Shown here: positions 20,137 to 31,260 of the stretch, in pieces
Position numbering within the stretch: position 1 is the first letter of the stretch
Layout of the letters: each line of letters starts with the position of its first letter
Assembly: GCA_963662795.1 (NCBI GenBank)
Contig: OY759746.1
Location: forward strand, 3,232,001 to 3,296,000
DNA: 64,000 nt
Direction: 5' to 3'
Source: Spirochaetia bacterium
Lineage (GTDB): Bacteria > Spirochaetota > Spirochaetia > CADAEX01
Position numbers and translations under genes: made by a program
Notes under the pieces: model-generated
Seen by the model: the letters and a program-made list of their open reading frames with translations, nothing else
What the model was told of the DNA's origin: nothing
The model's database searches: none

Positions 20137-20715
20137 CTGCGGATAGCTGTAATTGGACTTGGTAATCCTGGCCCTGAATATGTCTCAACAAGGCATAATG
20201 CGGGGTTTTTAACAGTTGATTTATTAAGTCAAAAACTTGATATCAAACTGAAAAGAAGCCTTTTTTCAAATTATTATTTAGGCAAAGGGGTTTATATGGG
20301 AGAAGAAATATCCCTTATAAAACCCCTTACTTATATGAACAGGTCAGGATTGATTATTGGATCAATAACAGGGCGCAGAAAGATAGCAATGTCCGATGTT
20401 ATTGTAGTGTGTGATAACATGGACCTTCTTCCTGGAGTCGTAAGATTAAAAAAGGGCGGAGGAGATGCCGGTCATAACGGGCTTAAGTCTATTATCAGTC
20501 ATTCCGGATCAGGGGATTTCAACCGGTTTTATATTGGAATAGGCAGACCTTCCAATCAGGAAGAAGTAAAGGATTATGTTCTTGGTGTTCCCGGTAAAAA
20601 TGAATACCCTGAATTTATGAAAGGAATCAATCTGGCCGCGGATTTTATTTTGAAAATTGTAAGTTCATCCCCTGAACAGGTTATGAATGAAGTCAACAGA
20701 ATCAAAAACAGATAA
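20137..20715 (+). CDS. pth: Peptidyl-tRNA hydrolase, likely CTG start
   Basis: IGLGNPG..Y..TRHNAGF, KPLTYMNRSG, GHNGLKSI. Confidence 0.93.
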   Translation: MRIAVIGLGNPGPEYVSTRHNAGFLTVDLLSQKLDIKLKRSLFSNYYLGKGVYMGEEISLIKPLTYMNRSGLIIGSITGRRKIAMSDVIVVCDNMDLLPGVVRLKKGGGDAGHNGLKSIISHSGSGDFNRFYIGIGRPSNQEEVKDYVLGVPGKNEYPEFMKGINLAADFILKIVSSSPEQVMNEVNRIKNR

Positions 20716-22111
20716 AATAGTAAATAAAGCAGATAGTCTGCTGTCCTGTTATTTTTTAAATAACAAATCAAACAGCATTCTTACGGCATTTTCCGCCGGT
20801 CCTGACTCGACAGTACTGCTTGATGTTCTTTTCCGGCTTAAAGATAAATACAGGATAAAGCTGGCAGCTGCCTACTATAATCACTGTCTGCGGGAAGAAT
20901 ATGAAATCGCGGATGAAATGGAGACTGCATCCGCTTACTGCAGCTCAAGGGGGATTGAGCTTTATCTGGGTGAAGATTCAGAAGGTTTTATAAGAGAAAA
21001 ATCACCTGATTCCGGGATAGAAGCTGCGGCAAGAACTGCAAGATATGCATATCTGAACAAAATTGCCGATGGTGAACAATTTGACTATATTGCCACCGCA
21101 CATACCATGGATGACAATATTGAAACAATAATCATGAGATTTTTTTCAGGAAGCGGTCCTGAGGGGCTGAAAGGAATTGCTGAAAACGCAGGAAAATTGA
21201 TAAGGCCTCTTCTTGGAGTAAAAAAAGAAGAAATCATGGAATATCTTGATGAAAACAATATCAGATATTCAGTTGATTCTACAAATAAAAAAAATGAATA
21301 TCTGCGGAACAGGGTAAGAAATCAGCTTATCCCGTCAATAAAGAGTGTTTTTCCCGGATTTGAAAACTCTCTTCTGGACCTCTCCGGAAAAATGGCTTTA
21401 GCTGACGGCTTTACTGCAGACGAAACTTATAAAAGAATAACCTGGGAAAAAAAAGGTGACCACCTCGAAACTGATTTCAGAAATTTCATGAGTCATCCGC
21501 CGTACATAAGAATTAAGGCTTTATATAATGCTTTTAATATCACAGATGATAATGACAAGAGACTATCCTATAAATTTCTGAAGCCTGTAACCAGGGATAA
21601 TATCGATTTAAAGAGTCCTGTGATACTTGACGGCCATTCCTGCAGGCTCGAAAAACTAGGTAACTCCCTTTTTTGGAAAACTGATATTGTAATTCGAAAT
21701 AAAAATAGTTATCTTTTAACTATCAAAACAGGCGGGGAATATAAGCTGCCTGTAAGTTATTCAGGGGAAAGTATTTATATTTCAACAAATATTGTTAACA
21801 GATCTCAATGCGGAAAAGATGATATCTGGTTGCCGGTAAATAAAGTATCTGGTAGTATTCAGATAAGAAGCAGAAAACCTGGAGACTGCATAATTACTTC
21901 CAATGGAAGCAAAAAACTTAAAAAACTGTTCCAGGAAGCAGGTATTGACAGAGATATCAGGGATTTAATACCGGTTATCTGCGATAACAGCGGTATTTTG
22001 GCAATATGGGGATCTGTTTTTAATAATAAAAACAGGATTGCCGGCAGGATTAAAGATTCCGGCAGTAATGAAAATACAGATGTGATATTATTTAAATCAA
22101 GGCAGGGGTAG
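20687..22111 (+). CDS. tilS: tRNA(Ile)-lysidine synthase
   Basis: AFSAGPDS, EAAARTARY, TAHTMDDNIET, RPLL, RNRVR. Confidence 0.92.
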   Translation: MKSTESKTDKIVNKADSLLSCYFLNNKSNSILTAFSAGPDSTVLLDVLFRLKDKYRIKLAAAYYNHCLREEYEIADEMETASAYCSSRGIELYLGEDSEGFIREKSPDSGIEAAARTARYAYLNKIADGEQFDYIATAHTMDDNIETIIMRFFSGSGPEGLKGIAENAGKLIRPLLGVKKEEIMEYLDENNIRYSVDSTNKKNEYLRNRVRNQLIPSIKSVFPGFENSLLDLSGKMALADGFTADETYKRITWEKKGDHLETDFRNFMSHPPYIRIKALYNAFNITDDNDKRLSYKFLKPVTRDNIDLKSPVILDGHSCRLEKLGNSLFWKTDIVIRNKNSYLLTIKTGGEYKLPVSYSGESIYISTNIVNRSQCGKDDIWLPVNKVSGSIQIRSRKPGDCIITSNGSKKLKKLFQEAGIDRDIRDLIPVICDNSGILAIWGSVFNNKNRIAGRIKDSGSNENTDVILFKSRQG

Positions 22112-24142
22112 ATGGCAGACAATAATATAGACAACAGGGAAAACAAGGAAGACAAAAACAACAATAATCCTAAAAAAAACAACTCAGGAAACGGCGGTCC
22201 GATTAAATATAATTTCGGAAATAACAGATTTGCCCTGTTTTTTCTCGTGACCCTTATAGGTCTTTTTCTTGTTATGTTTGTTTTTAATGATACAGGCGCG
22301 ATTAAGGAAATATCATATACAACCTTTATGGGCTATGTAGAGGAAAACAGCATTGAAAGCCTTAAAATATATGATAACCAGGAAATCCAGGGGAATATAA
22401 TTGGTGTAAACGGAAAACTGGTTCCGTTTAAAACCCGCATCCCTTACTATGATGATAACCTCCTTGTCGTACTGAAGGATAAAGGGATAAAAGTCACAGG
22501 TGCGGTAAAAAACGTATCAACCTACAGGCTCCTTATTGATCTTATACCCTGGGTAATAGGTTTTGGATTTATCTGGTTTATGTTCCGTCAGATGCAGGGC
22601 GGCGGCAATAAAGCCCTGAGCTTTGGAAAGAGCCGTGCCAAAAGATACATGGACAGCGACAAGAAATTTACCTTTGCAGATGTCGCAGGACAGAAAGAAG
22701 CCAAGTTCGAACTGGAAGAAGTAGTGGATTTTCTTAAAACCCCCGGTAAATTTACAAAAATCGGGGCAAAGATACCGAAAGGTGTCCTTCTTGTCGGTAT
22801 GCCGGGAACAGGGAAAACCCTTATGGCAAAGGCAATTGCGGGTGAAGCCGGTGTGCCTTATTTCCATATGTCAGGTTCTGACTTTGTTGAAATGTTTGTC
22901 GGAGTCGGCGCAAGCAGGGTAAGAGACCTTTTTGAACAGGGGAGAAAGAATGCCCCCTGTATACTTTTTATAGACGAGCTTGACGCTGTAGGAAGAACCA
23001 GAGGTGCAGGATACGGCGGCGGGCATGATGAGAGGGAACAGACACTGAATCAGATGCTTGTTGAAATGGATGGTTTTGACACCAAAGACGGAGTTATTAT
23101 TCTGGCAGCGACAAACAGGCCGGATGTTCTTGATCCTGCCCTGCTGCGGCCCGGAAGATTTGACAGGCAGGTAGTTGTAGACATGCCTGATATCGGCGAA
23201 CGTGAAGAAATACTTAAAATACATGCAAAGAAAATACCGGTTGCGCCGGATGTAGATCTTAAAAGAATTGCAAGGGCAACTCCCGGAACATCGGGGGCTG
23301 ATATTGCAAACCTTGTAAATGAAGCAGCACTTTTTGCTGCAAGGAAAGACAAGAAATTTGTAACTATGCTTGATTTTGAAGAGGCAAGGGACAAGGCGCT
23401 TCTGGGTGTAGCCAGAAAATCAAGGGTTATTTCTCCGGAAGAAAAGGCTGCTACATCATATCACGAAGCAGGGCACGCCCTTCTTCATTATTTTCTTGAA
23501 AATGCAGATCCTCTTCACAAGGTTACTGTTATTCCACATGGCAGGGCTTTGGGTATGGCTCTTTCTCTGCCGGAGAAGGAAATCTATTCGAGGAACAAGG
23601 GATGGCTTCTTGACAGGATTAAAATAGCTCTTGGCGGGTATGTTGCCGAGACCATAATTTTTAACCACACAACTACAGGAACCCAGAATGATTTGAAACA
23701 GGCTACACAAATTGCAAGAAAAATGGTCTGTGAATGGGGTATGAGTGAAAAAATCGGCCCTGTAGCGTTAGGACAGGAAGATGAGCCTATTTTTATCGGA
23801 AAGGAAATTGCACAGCACAAGGACTATTCAGAAGATACTGCCCGTACAATAGATATGGAGATAAGTGTCATCATAAAGGGATGCCTTAACGAGACGATGC
23901 AGATACTTACTGAAAACAGGGATAAGCTTAATCTGCTGGCAGATACTCTTATTGCAAAAGAAACTCTTGATGACTATGAAATAAGACAGCTGCTTGATAT
24001 AACTTACAGAAACAAGAATATAATAATTGAAAGCAATGAATCGCCTTTTAATTCAGAAACCGGTTTTATGCCTGGCGAAGAACCTGAAAATAGCGGGAAG
24101 GATAATGAAAACATTAAATCCGAAGGTAACGAAAAGGAGTAG
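22112..24142 (+). CDS. ftsH: ATP-dependent zinc metalloprotease FtsH
   Basis: Two TM helices, [11 protein letters not shown] motif, HEAGH. Confidence 0.97.
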   Translation: MADNNIDNRENKEDKNNNNPKKNNSGNGGPIKYNFGNNRFALFFLVTLIGLFLVMFVFNDTGAIKEISYTTFMGYVEENSIESLKIYDNQEIQGNIIGVNGKLVPFKTRIPYYDDNLLVVLKDKGIKVTGAVKNVSTYRLLIDLIPWVIGFGFIWFMFRQMQGGGNKALSFGKSRAKRYMDSDKKFTFADVAGQKEAKFELEEVVDFLKTPGKFTKIGAKIPKGVLLVGMPGTGKTLMAKAIAGEAGVPYFHMSGSDFVEMFVGVGASRVRDLFEQGRKNAPCILFIDELDAVGRTRGAGYGGGHDEREQTLNQMLVEMDGFDTKDGVIILAATNRPDVLDPALLRPGRFDRQVVVDMPDIGEREEILKIHAKKIPVAPDVDLKRIARATPGTSGADIANLVNEAALFAARKDKKFVTMLDFEEARDKALLGVARKSRVISPEEKAATSYHEAGHALLHYFLENADPLHKVTVIPHGRALGMALSLPEKEIYSRNKGWLLDRIKIALGGYVAETIIFNHTTTGTQNDLKQATQIARKMVCEWGMSEKIGPVALGQEDEPIFIGKEIAQHKDYSEDTARTIDMEISVIIKGCLNETMQILTENRDKLNLLADTLIAKETLDDYEIRQLLDITYRNKNIIIESNESPFNSETGFMPGEEPENSGKDNENIKSEGNEKE

Positions 24143-25973
24143 AATAACTGCTTTAGCAATACTGCTTTATTTTACTTCTTTCAGTTATCTGTTTTCCGAT
24201 GTAAATAATGATATCGCGCGGCTGTATGTTTCTGCAGCAGACAGTTTTTATAAAGAAAATAAAATAGAAGACGCTGAGGTATTTCTGGACAAATCCCTGC
24301 TTTATGATGACAGACTGTCTGATTCCTGGTATATCAAGGCTCTGATTAATACAGATACCAGAACAGATGTTCTTGCTTCCATAAACCTTTTAAAAAGGGC
24401 GATAACCTACAGAAACTGGTCTATTTACAGGGAGAATAACGCTTTTTATGAGCTTGGAACACTTTACTGCAGAATCAAGGATTACGAGAGGGCTATCTCT
24501 TCCCTTTATGTCGTCAAGGATGAACTTATTGATAATGCGGCTTATCTTGATTCCTATACTCTTTCACTGATCAATCGCGGTTTTTTTAATGAGGCTGAAG
24601 ATTTACTTGAATACGCTATTGAAAAACATCCTGACAATAACCTGTTTATTAAAAGGCTTGCCGGGATTGATAAAAATTTCAGAGAGAAGATTTTATTAAG
24701 AATACTTGAGCTTAATAATCTGTACAAATATGATCCTGATGTAATCCTGGAAATTACAAGGTTAACGGATGATAAAGGAATAAAGAAAGAACTCATAGAA
24801 AAGCTTACCGACCTGCAGGATGAGAGTCCTGAACTGCTTATTGAAAAACTTTCGCTGGCCGGAGAAGTTACCCTCACTGATATTGAAGCTTTTAATGATT
24901 TAAATGGTTTTTCAAATTACAGAAATATTAAAAATATTGATTTATTAATAAAGGATGATAAAATTCGCGAATCGCTGCTGGAAAAAATGTCTCAATATAC
25001 AGGAAGTATTGTTGATGATGCCAATCTTGACGGCATCAACGAAAAAATAATGTATTATAATAACGGTTTATCCCAATGGTACAGCGAAGATAATAATCAG
25101 GACAATATAAACGATATATTCGCGGGATTTGAAAACAGGAAACCCAAATTCATTAATATTCAGGACCGGATGCTTGTCTCTTATTATGATTATCCTCTTG
25201 TGAAAACAGTAATTATTTTTGGAAGTGATAATAATGAAATATTTACTTTCAATCAGAGAAAAGCTTCTCTTGATATACTGTCTTTCAGCAATCCGCTTTT
25301 ACCTCCTGTTCTAAAAGCTGATCCCGGGGAAGAGTTCAATAAAATTAAAAACAGGGCGGAAAACTACAGGAAAAGCAGCAACAGCGGTAATCTGCAGGTC
25401 CTGACTGAATATTTTAAAACAGAAAGGATTACCAATTTTGAGACTTATGATGATGCAACTGCAGTTATAAGCCGCGGGACAATAAAAGATGGCAACAGGG
25501 TGTTTAAAATATCAGATATAGACCAGGATAACCGCTTTGAGACAAAAGAATTCTACAGGGACGGAGTTCTTGAGAGCATAAATTATGACGGCAACAGTAA
25601 CGGTATTTATGAATTTAAAATAGAAAAAGATATAAAATACTGGGATATGAACGAAGACGGTATTTATGATTTCAGGGAATGGACAGATAAAGAAAGCAGC
25701 CTGCAGTATTCTGAATTTTCGACAAAGCTTGACGGAAATTTTAATTTTACTGCCAGATACTCCGGCGGTAAGCTAACCGATGTAAAAAAAGAGGGAGTCT
25801 GGACAGGAGTATCTTATGACCCTGAAAACAACCTGTTCTGGATCGGCGAAAAATGCACCGGATTGCCTGCAGAAATAAATATAGAAACTGAAGGGACAAT
25901 AAATTGCGGAGACAGAATGGTTTACGTTGTAAAGATTGGTCAGGACTATTTTGCAGAAGTAATTACGAGGTGA
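24105..25973 (+). CDS. Exported TPR-containing protein with repeated Dx[DN]xDG-like motifs
   Basis: Signal-like hydrophobic N-terminus, TPR-like helices, C-terminal DANLDG / DIDQDN / DGNSNG / DMNEDG repeats. Confidence 0.6.
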   Translation: MKTLNPKVTKRSRITALAILLYFTSFSYLFSDVNNDIARLYVSAADSFYKENKIEDAEVFLDKSLLYDDRLSDSWYIKALINTDTRTDVLASINLLKRAITYRNWSIYRENNAFYELGTLYCRIKDYERAISSLYVVKDELIDNAAYLDSYTLSLINRGFFNEAEDLLEYAIEKHPDNNLFIKRLAGIDKNFREKILLRILELNNLYKYDPDVILEITRLTDDKGIKKELIEKLTDLQDESPELLIEKLSLAGEVTLTDIEAFNDLNGFSNYRNIKNIDLLIKDDKIRESLLEKMSQYTGSIVDDANLDGINEKIMYYNNGLSQWYSEDNNQDNINDIFAGFENRKPKFINIQDRMLVSYYDYPLVKTVIIFGSDNNEIFTFNQRKASLDILSFSNPLLPPVLKADPGEEFNKIKNRAENYRKSSNSGNLQVLTEYFKTERITNFETYDDATAVISRGTIKDGNRVFKISDIDQDNRFETKEFYRDGVLESINYDGNSNGIYEFKIEKDIKYWDMNEDGIYDFREWTDKESSLQYSEFSTKLDGNFNFTARYSGGKLTDVKKEGVWTGVSYDPENNLFWIGEKCTGLPAEINIETEGTINCGDRMVYVVKIGQDYFAEVITR

Positions 25974-25974
25974 T

Positions 25975-27774
25975 TTGTTGAATAAAAATAATTTTTACAT
26001 AATTTTGAGTCTTCTGATACTGATGACAGGACTTGCTGCATGCAAGTCATCTCCTAAGAAACGCAGTGAATTTCCGGAATATGCCGGGAGGCTTAATGCA
26101 AACCGCATAGATAAATATCTTGAGGACAAAAGACCGTTTGCCGCATATCAAATGCTTCTTAATGAGGAAAAAACAAACCCTGCAGATCTGGAATATAATC
26201 CTGCTGATGAAAAAAATAAAATATTTGATTACATAAAAAAACAATACCGGAAGGCAGAAGCTGACCGTGATTATTATGTCTCTTCATCAATAATAACATC
26301 TCTTGAAAAACTTGGAAAATCAGAAATACTTGATGGAAAAAATTCAGATGATCTGCTTCTTGATTTTATTGAAAACGAATATGAGAAAAAGAATTATTTT
26401 ACATCTTTAAAATATTTTACTTCCTATATCCGGAATAACAAGGCAGATGATAAATTACTTGTAAAATATGCGGACCTTGCCGTTGCAGCCAACAATAATT
26501 ATTATCTGAAAATAATTCTAAATGAATTCCAGAACAGAAAGATAAAAATTGAGCAGAAATATATAGATGCAGTCCAGAAAAGCGACCCTCCCTCCGAAAT
26601 GATCAAGGGGACTGTCACAATATGGGTAAACAAGGGAATAAAAGTTGAATCAGGTGTTGGACGACCAGACAGGGTTATAGGAAGCGGCTTTTTTATCGAT
26701 CCGAGAGGATATTTAATAACAAATTATCACGTTATTGAGAGCGAAGTAAATCCTGAATATGAGGGATACTCAAGGCTTTATATAAGGCTTTCCGATTCTG
26801 TCGGTACCAGAGTACCGGCTAAAGTTATTGGCTGGGATCCTATATTCGATATTGCACTTCTTAAAACAGAAATAGACCCGGAATATATTTACAGTTTCAG
26901 CGAAAGTATGAATTTCCAGATAGGTGATAAAATATTTGCCATCGGTTCGCCGGGTGGTCTTGAAAATACATTGACATCAGGGATTATTTCTTCAAGAAGC
27001 AGGAAATTTATACAGATTGGAGATGCCATCCAGGTTGATGTTCCCATAAATCCAGGCAACAGCGGCGGTCCGCTTCTTAATGAAAACGGTGAGCTTATCG
27101 GCGTCGTATTTGCCGGAATAGAACAGTTCGAGGGGATCAATTTTGCTATACCGGCTCACTGGATTGCAGATATTGTACCTGAGCTATACAGGGGTGGTGA
27201 AATATCCCATTCCTGGATAGGGTCAGTTATACATGAGAAAAACGGAATACTTGAGAATATATACAGTGTGCCTGGAGAACCTGCGGATGTTGCAGGAATC
27301 AAAAAAGGCGATATTATAAAATCCATAAATGGTTATAATGTTGCAAGCATACTTGAAGCCCAGAAAATTTTCATGTCTATCAGAAAAGATACAGTTGTTG
27401 AAATCGGATATGTCAGGGAAGGCAATAATTTAAAGGTTTTACTGCCCCTGGGAGGCAGAACAGACAAATCGTTTGACAGCGCAATAAAACGGGATTCGAT
27501 GAAAAACCTCATACTGCCGCTTTACGGCATGGAGGTGGAACTGACAGGAAGTTATCTTTTTAAGGAAAGTTATAATATTAAAAAGATATATGAAGGTTCA
27601 ATAGCAGATGAAACAGGTCTGTCTGTAAACGACCCTCTTGTTATCAAAGGGTGGAAGTATGATCTTAAAAAAAGATATGCCATGCTCAGAATAGAAGTGA
27701 AAAAACGAAAAGCAGGATTTATGGAAAGCAATATCCAGCTGATTACTTCAATCGATTCAAACAATCTGCTATAA
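25975..27774 (+). CDS. Trypsin-like serine protease with PDZ domain (HtrA-like lipoprotein)
   Basis: LAAC lipobox; TNYHVI, DIALLK, GNSGGPL catalytic triad; PADVAGIKKGDII PDZ. Confidence 0.88.
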   Translation: MLNKNNFYIILSLLILMTGLAACKSSPKKRSEFPEYAGRLNANRIDKYLEDKRPFAAYQMLLNEEKTNPADLEYNPADEKNKIFDYIKKQYRKAEADRDYYVSSSIITSLEKLGKSEILDGKNSDDLLLDFIENEYEKKNYFTSLKYFTSYIRNNKADDKLLVKYADLAVAANNNYYLKIILNEFQNRKIKIEQKYIDAVQKSDPPSEMIKGTVTIWVNKGIKVESGVGRPDRVIGSGFFIDPRGYLITNYHVIESEVNPEYEGYSRLYIRLSDSVGTRVPAKVIGWDPIFDIALLKTEIDPEYIYSFSESMNFQIGDKIFAIGSPGGLENTLTSGIISSRSRKFIQIGDAIQVDVPINPGNSGGPLLNENGELIGVVFAGIEQFEGINFAIPAHWIADIVPELYRGGEISHSWIGSVIHEKNGILENIYSVPGEPADVAGIKKGDIIKSINGYNVASILEAQKIFMSIRKDTVVEIGYVREGNNLKVLLPLGGRTDKSFDSAIKRDSMKNLILPLYGMEVELTGSYLFKESYNIKKIYEGSIADETGLSVNDPLVIKGWKYDLKKRYAMLRIEVKKRKAGFMESNIQLITSIDSNNLL

Positions 27775-27827
27775 TAAGAAAATAAGTTACAGAATTAAGC
27801 CCTCAAATGGAGAACACCTTTTAAAAA

Positions 27828-29624
27828 ATGGAAAATATCAGAAATTTTTGCATAATAGCGCATATTGATCATGGCAAGTCAACGCTGGCTGACAGATTTA
27901 TTGAAAAAGCTGCGATTATTGAATCACGTAATTTCAAGAATCAGATACTTGATTCAATGGATATCGAAAGGGAGCGCGGAATTACAATTAAATCACAGGC
28001 AGTAACCATGCCGTACAAAGGCAAAGATAATGCCGATTATGTACTCAACCTTGTCGACACTCCCGGGCATGTGGATTTTACCTATGAAGTCTCAAGAGCA
28101 ATATCCTCCTGCGAAGGGGCTCTCCTTCTGATTGATGCCTCACAGGGTGTTGAAGCGCAGACCCTTGCCAACCTTTACATGGCCATGGAGCACAATCTGG
28201 AAGTAATTCCTGTTATCAACAAGATCGATCTTCCAAGCGCGGATATTGACGCTGTAAAGCACCAGATCAATCACGATCTGGGTCTTGATCCAGACCTTGC
28301 TGTTCTTGTTTCAGGCAAAACAGGATTCGGCCTTGATGATCTTCTTGAGGCAATAATTCATCTTATACCAGCGCCGTCCGGAAAAAATGAGGAACCTTTA
28401 AAAGCCCTGATTTTTGATTCGCATTACGATCCATACAGGGGAGTTGTTGTTCATATAAGGGTTTTTAACGGTATTTTAAATGAAGGGTGCTCTGTCAGAT
28501 TTATGAACGCCGGTGCTGTCTACAAGGTAGAAGAGGTTGGAAAATTCAGGATTAAGCTTGAAAGGTCGGCAGTGCTTGAAGCAGGTGAAGTCGGCTATAT
28601 AATTGCGGGAATAAAAAATATTTCCGATATAAGGGTAGGGGATACGGTAACAGACAATGCCCGTCCTGCGGAAAAGCCCCTTCCCGGTTTCAAGGAAGTA
28701 AAGCCGGTTGTTTTTTCATCAATTTATCCGGTTGATGCCAACGATTATAATGAACTTGCATCAGCAATGGAAAAACTTAAGCTTAATGACGCGTCACTCA
28801 TTTATGAAAAAGACTCATCTGCCGCCCTTGGTTTCGGGTTCAGATGCGGTTTCCTGGGGCTCTTGCACCTTGAGGTAGTCCAGGAAAGGATTGAAAGGGA
28901 GTTTGGACTTTCAATAGTTCTCACCTCCCCTTCTGTGCGGTACAAAATCGGCCTTAAGGACGGGAAAGAAATATCTATTGATAACCCGCTTGAATTCCCC
29001 GATCCGATGAAAATTGAATACGCGGAAGAGCCCTACATTAATGCAGCAATTATAACCCCATCCGAATACCTCGGCTCAATAATGACTCTATGCATGAGCA
29101 AGAGAGGGGTACAGGAATCAATGAATTATCTTGACCAGAAGAGAATAGAGGTTGTCTATGATATGCCTCTCGCCGAGGTCCTTTTTGATTTCTATGACAA
29201 ACTTAAATCAGTAAGCCGCGGTTATGCTTCCTTTGACTATTCTGTAAAAGGTTATAAAAAGACCGATCTTGTAAAGCTTGATATCCTTGTAAACGGGGTA
29301 TCTGTTGATGCTTTATCCATGCTTGTTTTCAAGGAATCAGCCCGTGCCAAGGCGAATAACGTCTGCAGAAGACTCCGGGAGGAGATACCGAAACATCAGT
29401 TTAAAATACCTATCCAGGGAGCTGTCGGCAACCAGATAATTGCAAGGGAGACAATTACTGCCTTAAGGAAAGATGTAACAGCCAAATGCTATGGCGGAGA
29501 TATTTCGAGAAAGCGCAAGCTGCTTGAAAAACAGAAAGAAGGCAAGAAGCGGATGAAGATGGTGGGAAATGTTGAATTGCCGCAGAGCGCTTTTCTCTCT
29601 GTTCTCAGGACTGATGATGAATAA
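27828..29624 (+). CDS. lepA: Elongation factor 4
   Basis: IRNFCIIAHIDHGKSTLADR, KCYGGDISRKRKLLEKQK. Confidence 0.97.
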   Translation: MENIRNFCIIAHIDHGKSTLADRFIEKAAIIESRNFKNQILDSMDIERERGITIKSQAVTMPYKGKDNADYVLNLVDTPGHVDFTYEVSRAISSCEGALLLIDASQGVEAQTLANLYMAMEHNLEVIPVINKIDLPSADIDAVKHQINHDLGLDPDLAVLVSGKTGFGLDDLLEAIIHLIPAPSGKNEEPLKALIFDSHYDPYRGVVVHIRVFNGILNEGCSVRFMNAGAVYKVEEVGKFRIKLERSAVLEAGEVGYIIAGIKNISDIRVGDTVTDNARPAEKPLPGFKEVKPVVFSSIYPVDANDYNELASAMEKLKLNDASLIYEKDSSAALGFGFRCGFLGLLHLEVVQERIEREFGLSIVLTSPSVRYKIGLKDGKEISIDNPLEFPDPMKIEYAEEPYINAAIITPSEYLGSIMTLCMSKRGVQESMNYLDQKRIEVVYDMPLAEVLFDFYDKLKSVSRGYASFDYSVKGYKKTDLVKLDILVNGVSVDALSMLVFKESARAKANNVCRRLREEIPKHQFKIPIQGAVGNQIIARETITALRKDVTAKCYGGDISRKRKLLEKQKEGKKRMKMVGNVELPQSAFLSVLRTDDE

Positions 29625-31260
29625 CTTCAAGTGAATTGCTGATTATCTTCCTGAATCTGTAGCAGGAGAGCAGAATATACTTGACAGTAACATCGGAATA
29701 ATCTTTTGAATAATTTATACCCGGGTATTTGGGCAGGAGATAATCGGAATCCTGAGTCAGCTTTTTTATAAGATATAGATTGTCATTTTTAATGTGCCCG
29801 TTGAGCGCATCAACGCCGGCTTTGATTATTGTATCTGTCTTTTCAAGTTCAGACTCGAGCAGAGATTTTATTTCTTCCCGTTTTACCGGCATAAGCTCTT
29901 CTCTGCCTATGGTTTTTTCCGGTTTTTCCGGATTCTCCGAATTTGAGAGAATCAGTTTTTTGAATTCGTCTTCATCAGCAATATTGTTTGCATTTCCTGC
30001 AATTCCGCACGAGAATAGGGAATAAACTGATTTTCCCCCTGCAATTAAATCCGACATAGTCTCTGAATAAGATTTCAAAACTGATGTAGTGTAGACATCC
30101 TGTCCCTTTATATTTTTAACAGGAATCAGATCACGCGAAAATGAAAGAGCATAATTTTTATCACCTGATAATCTGCCCATATTTATAAGACAGTCAATCA
30201 TTGAGGGGGAATCCTTTGAATGAGTTTTTCCGGGTGTAAAGCTGAAATCAAGACCGCTGTAGAAAACAGGTTTGTCAGTAATCTGCAGCGCAATATAAAG
30301 CGCTGTTATCCCTACTGAACCAAGAGGGGGAATAAAAGAGGGTATAAGATTTAAGTTTCTGCATTTTTCAAGAAATTCAGAATTTGTGAAATGAGATGTA
30401 AAATAATACTTTTTACCCTGAAATATACGGGAAGTAAGCGGATAAGATGTAATATCCGCAATAAGGGGTATTCTGCTGTTTCTGAAACCTACAAAATCAA
30501 AAATGTTATACAGCTGGGATTCAACTGCAACAATATAGTCCGGCGTTATTCCGTACCCGGTTAGTGTTTTTATTGCAGTATCAAGTGCGAGTATTTTAAA
30601 AAATCTGCGGTGTTTTTTTATCACAGGAAGTGATGATTCAAGAGATTCACCTGCGCCAGCAATAAAAACGGGAGAATCAACAACCAGATTTCTGATATCA
30701 TTTTTTTCACAGAATTCAGGCATATTAAGGAAAATATTCGCAAAATACCTGTGTCCCAGGGAATAAAGGGTAAGTGAGTTTTTTAAAAAATTCTTGAGGC
30801 TTTTTTTGATATTTTCATTGCATTTCTGATAAAAACCCCTGTTAAGATAATATCCCCTGTTTAAAGGGATGAAAAGAACGTGTTTAATCATACCGTGCTT
30901 CATGTTATCGAGGTAATTCAGAAAAATATCAGGATCTTCAATTTTGAGATATTCAAACTTGCCGGAATAACGGGATTCAGGATTATCTTTAAGATTATAC
31001 AGGTTTATATCAAATTCGATGCACAGAATCTTGCAGCCTGCGGGAAGGCTGCCGTATAATTCTTCAATCCCGTAGAAAAGAAGGGGAGAGGGTATAATTA
31101 TCAGCGTATCAGGCTTGATTTCCTGCTGTCTGATTTTTTGATTTATTTTATCCTGCGGATTTGCTTTATCATATAAAAGTGTGTTGTGGTAGAAAACTGT
31201 ATAACTATCCTCCTTAACTGCTTTTATCAGGTAAGGAGGAAGAGCCATATCATTTTGCAC
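29605..31260 (-). CDS. Maf (motility-associated factor)/MptE-like protein, putative flagellin glycosyltransferase
   Basis: IAGAGESL, LALDTA, GITPDYIV, GSVG, GLDFSF..GKTH motifs. Confidence 0.7.
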   Translation of the reverse strand: MQNDMALPPYLIKAVKEDSYTVFYHNTLLYDKANPQDKINQKIRQQEIKPDTLIIIPSPLLFYGIEELYGSLPAGCKILCIEFDINLYNLKDNPESRYSGKFEYLKIEDPDIFLNYLDNMKHGMIKHVLFIPLNRGYYLNRGFYQKCNENIKKSLKNFLKNSLTLYSLGHRYFANIFLNMPEFCEKNDIRNLVVDSPVFIAGAGESLESSLPVIKKHRRFFKILALDTAIKTLTGYGITPDYIVAVESQLYNIFDFVGFRNSRIPLIADITSYPLTSRIFQGKKYYFTSHFTNSEFLEKCRNLNLIPSFIPPLGSVGITALYIALQITDKPVFYSGLDFSFTPGKTHSKDSPSMIDCLINMGRLSGDKNYALSFSRDLIPVKNIKGQDVYTTSVLKSYSETMSDLIAGGKSVYSLFSCGIAGNANNIADEDEFKKLILSNSENPEKPEKTIGREELMPVKREEIKSLLESELEKTDTIIKAGVDALNGHIKNDNLYLIKKLTQDSDYLLPKYPGINYSKDYSDVTVKYILLSCYRFRKIISNSLEVIHHQS

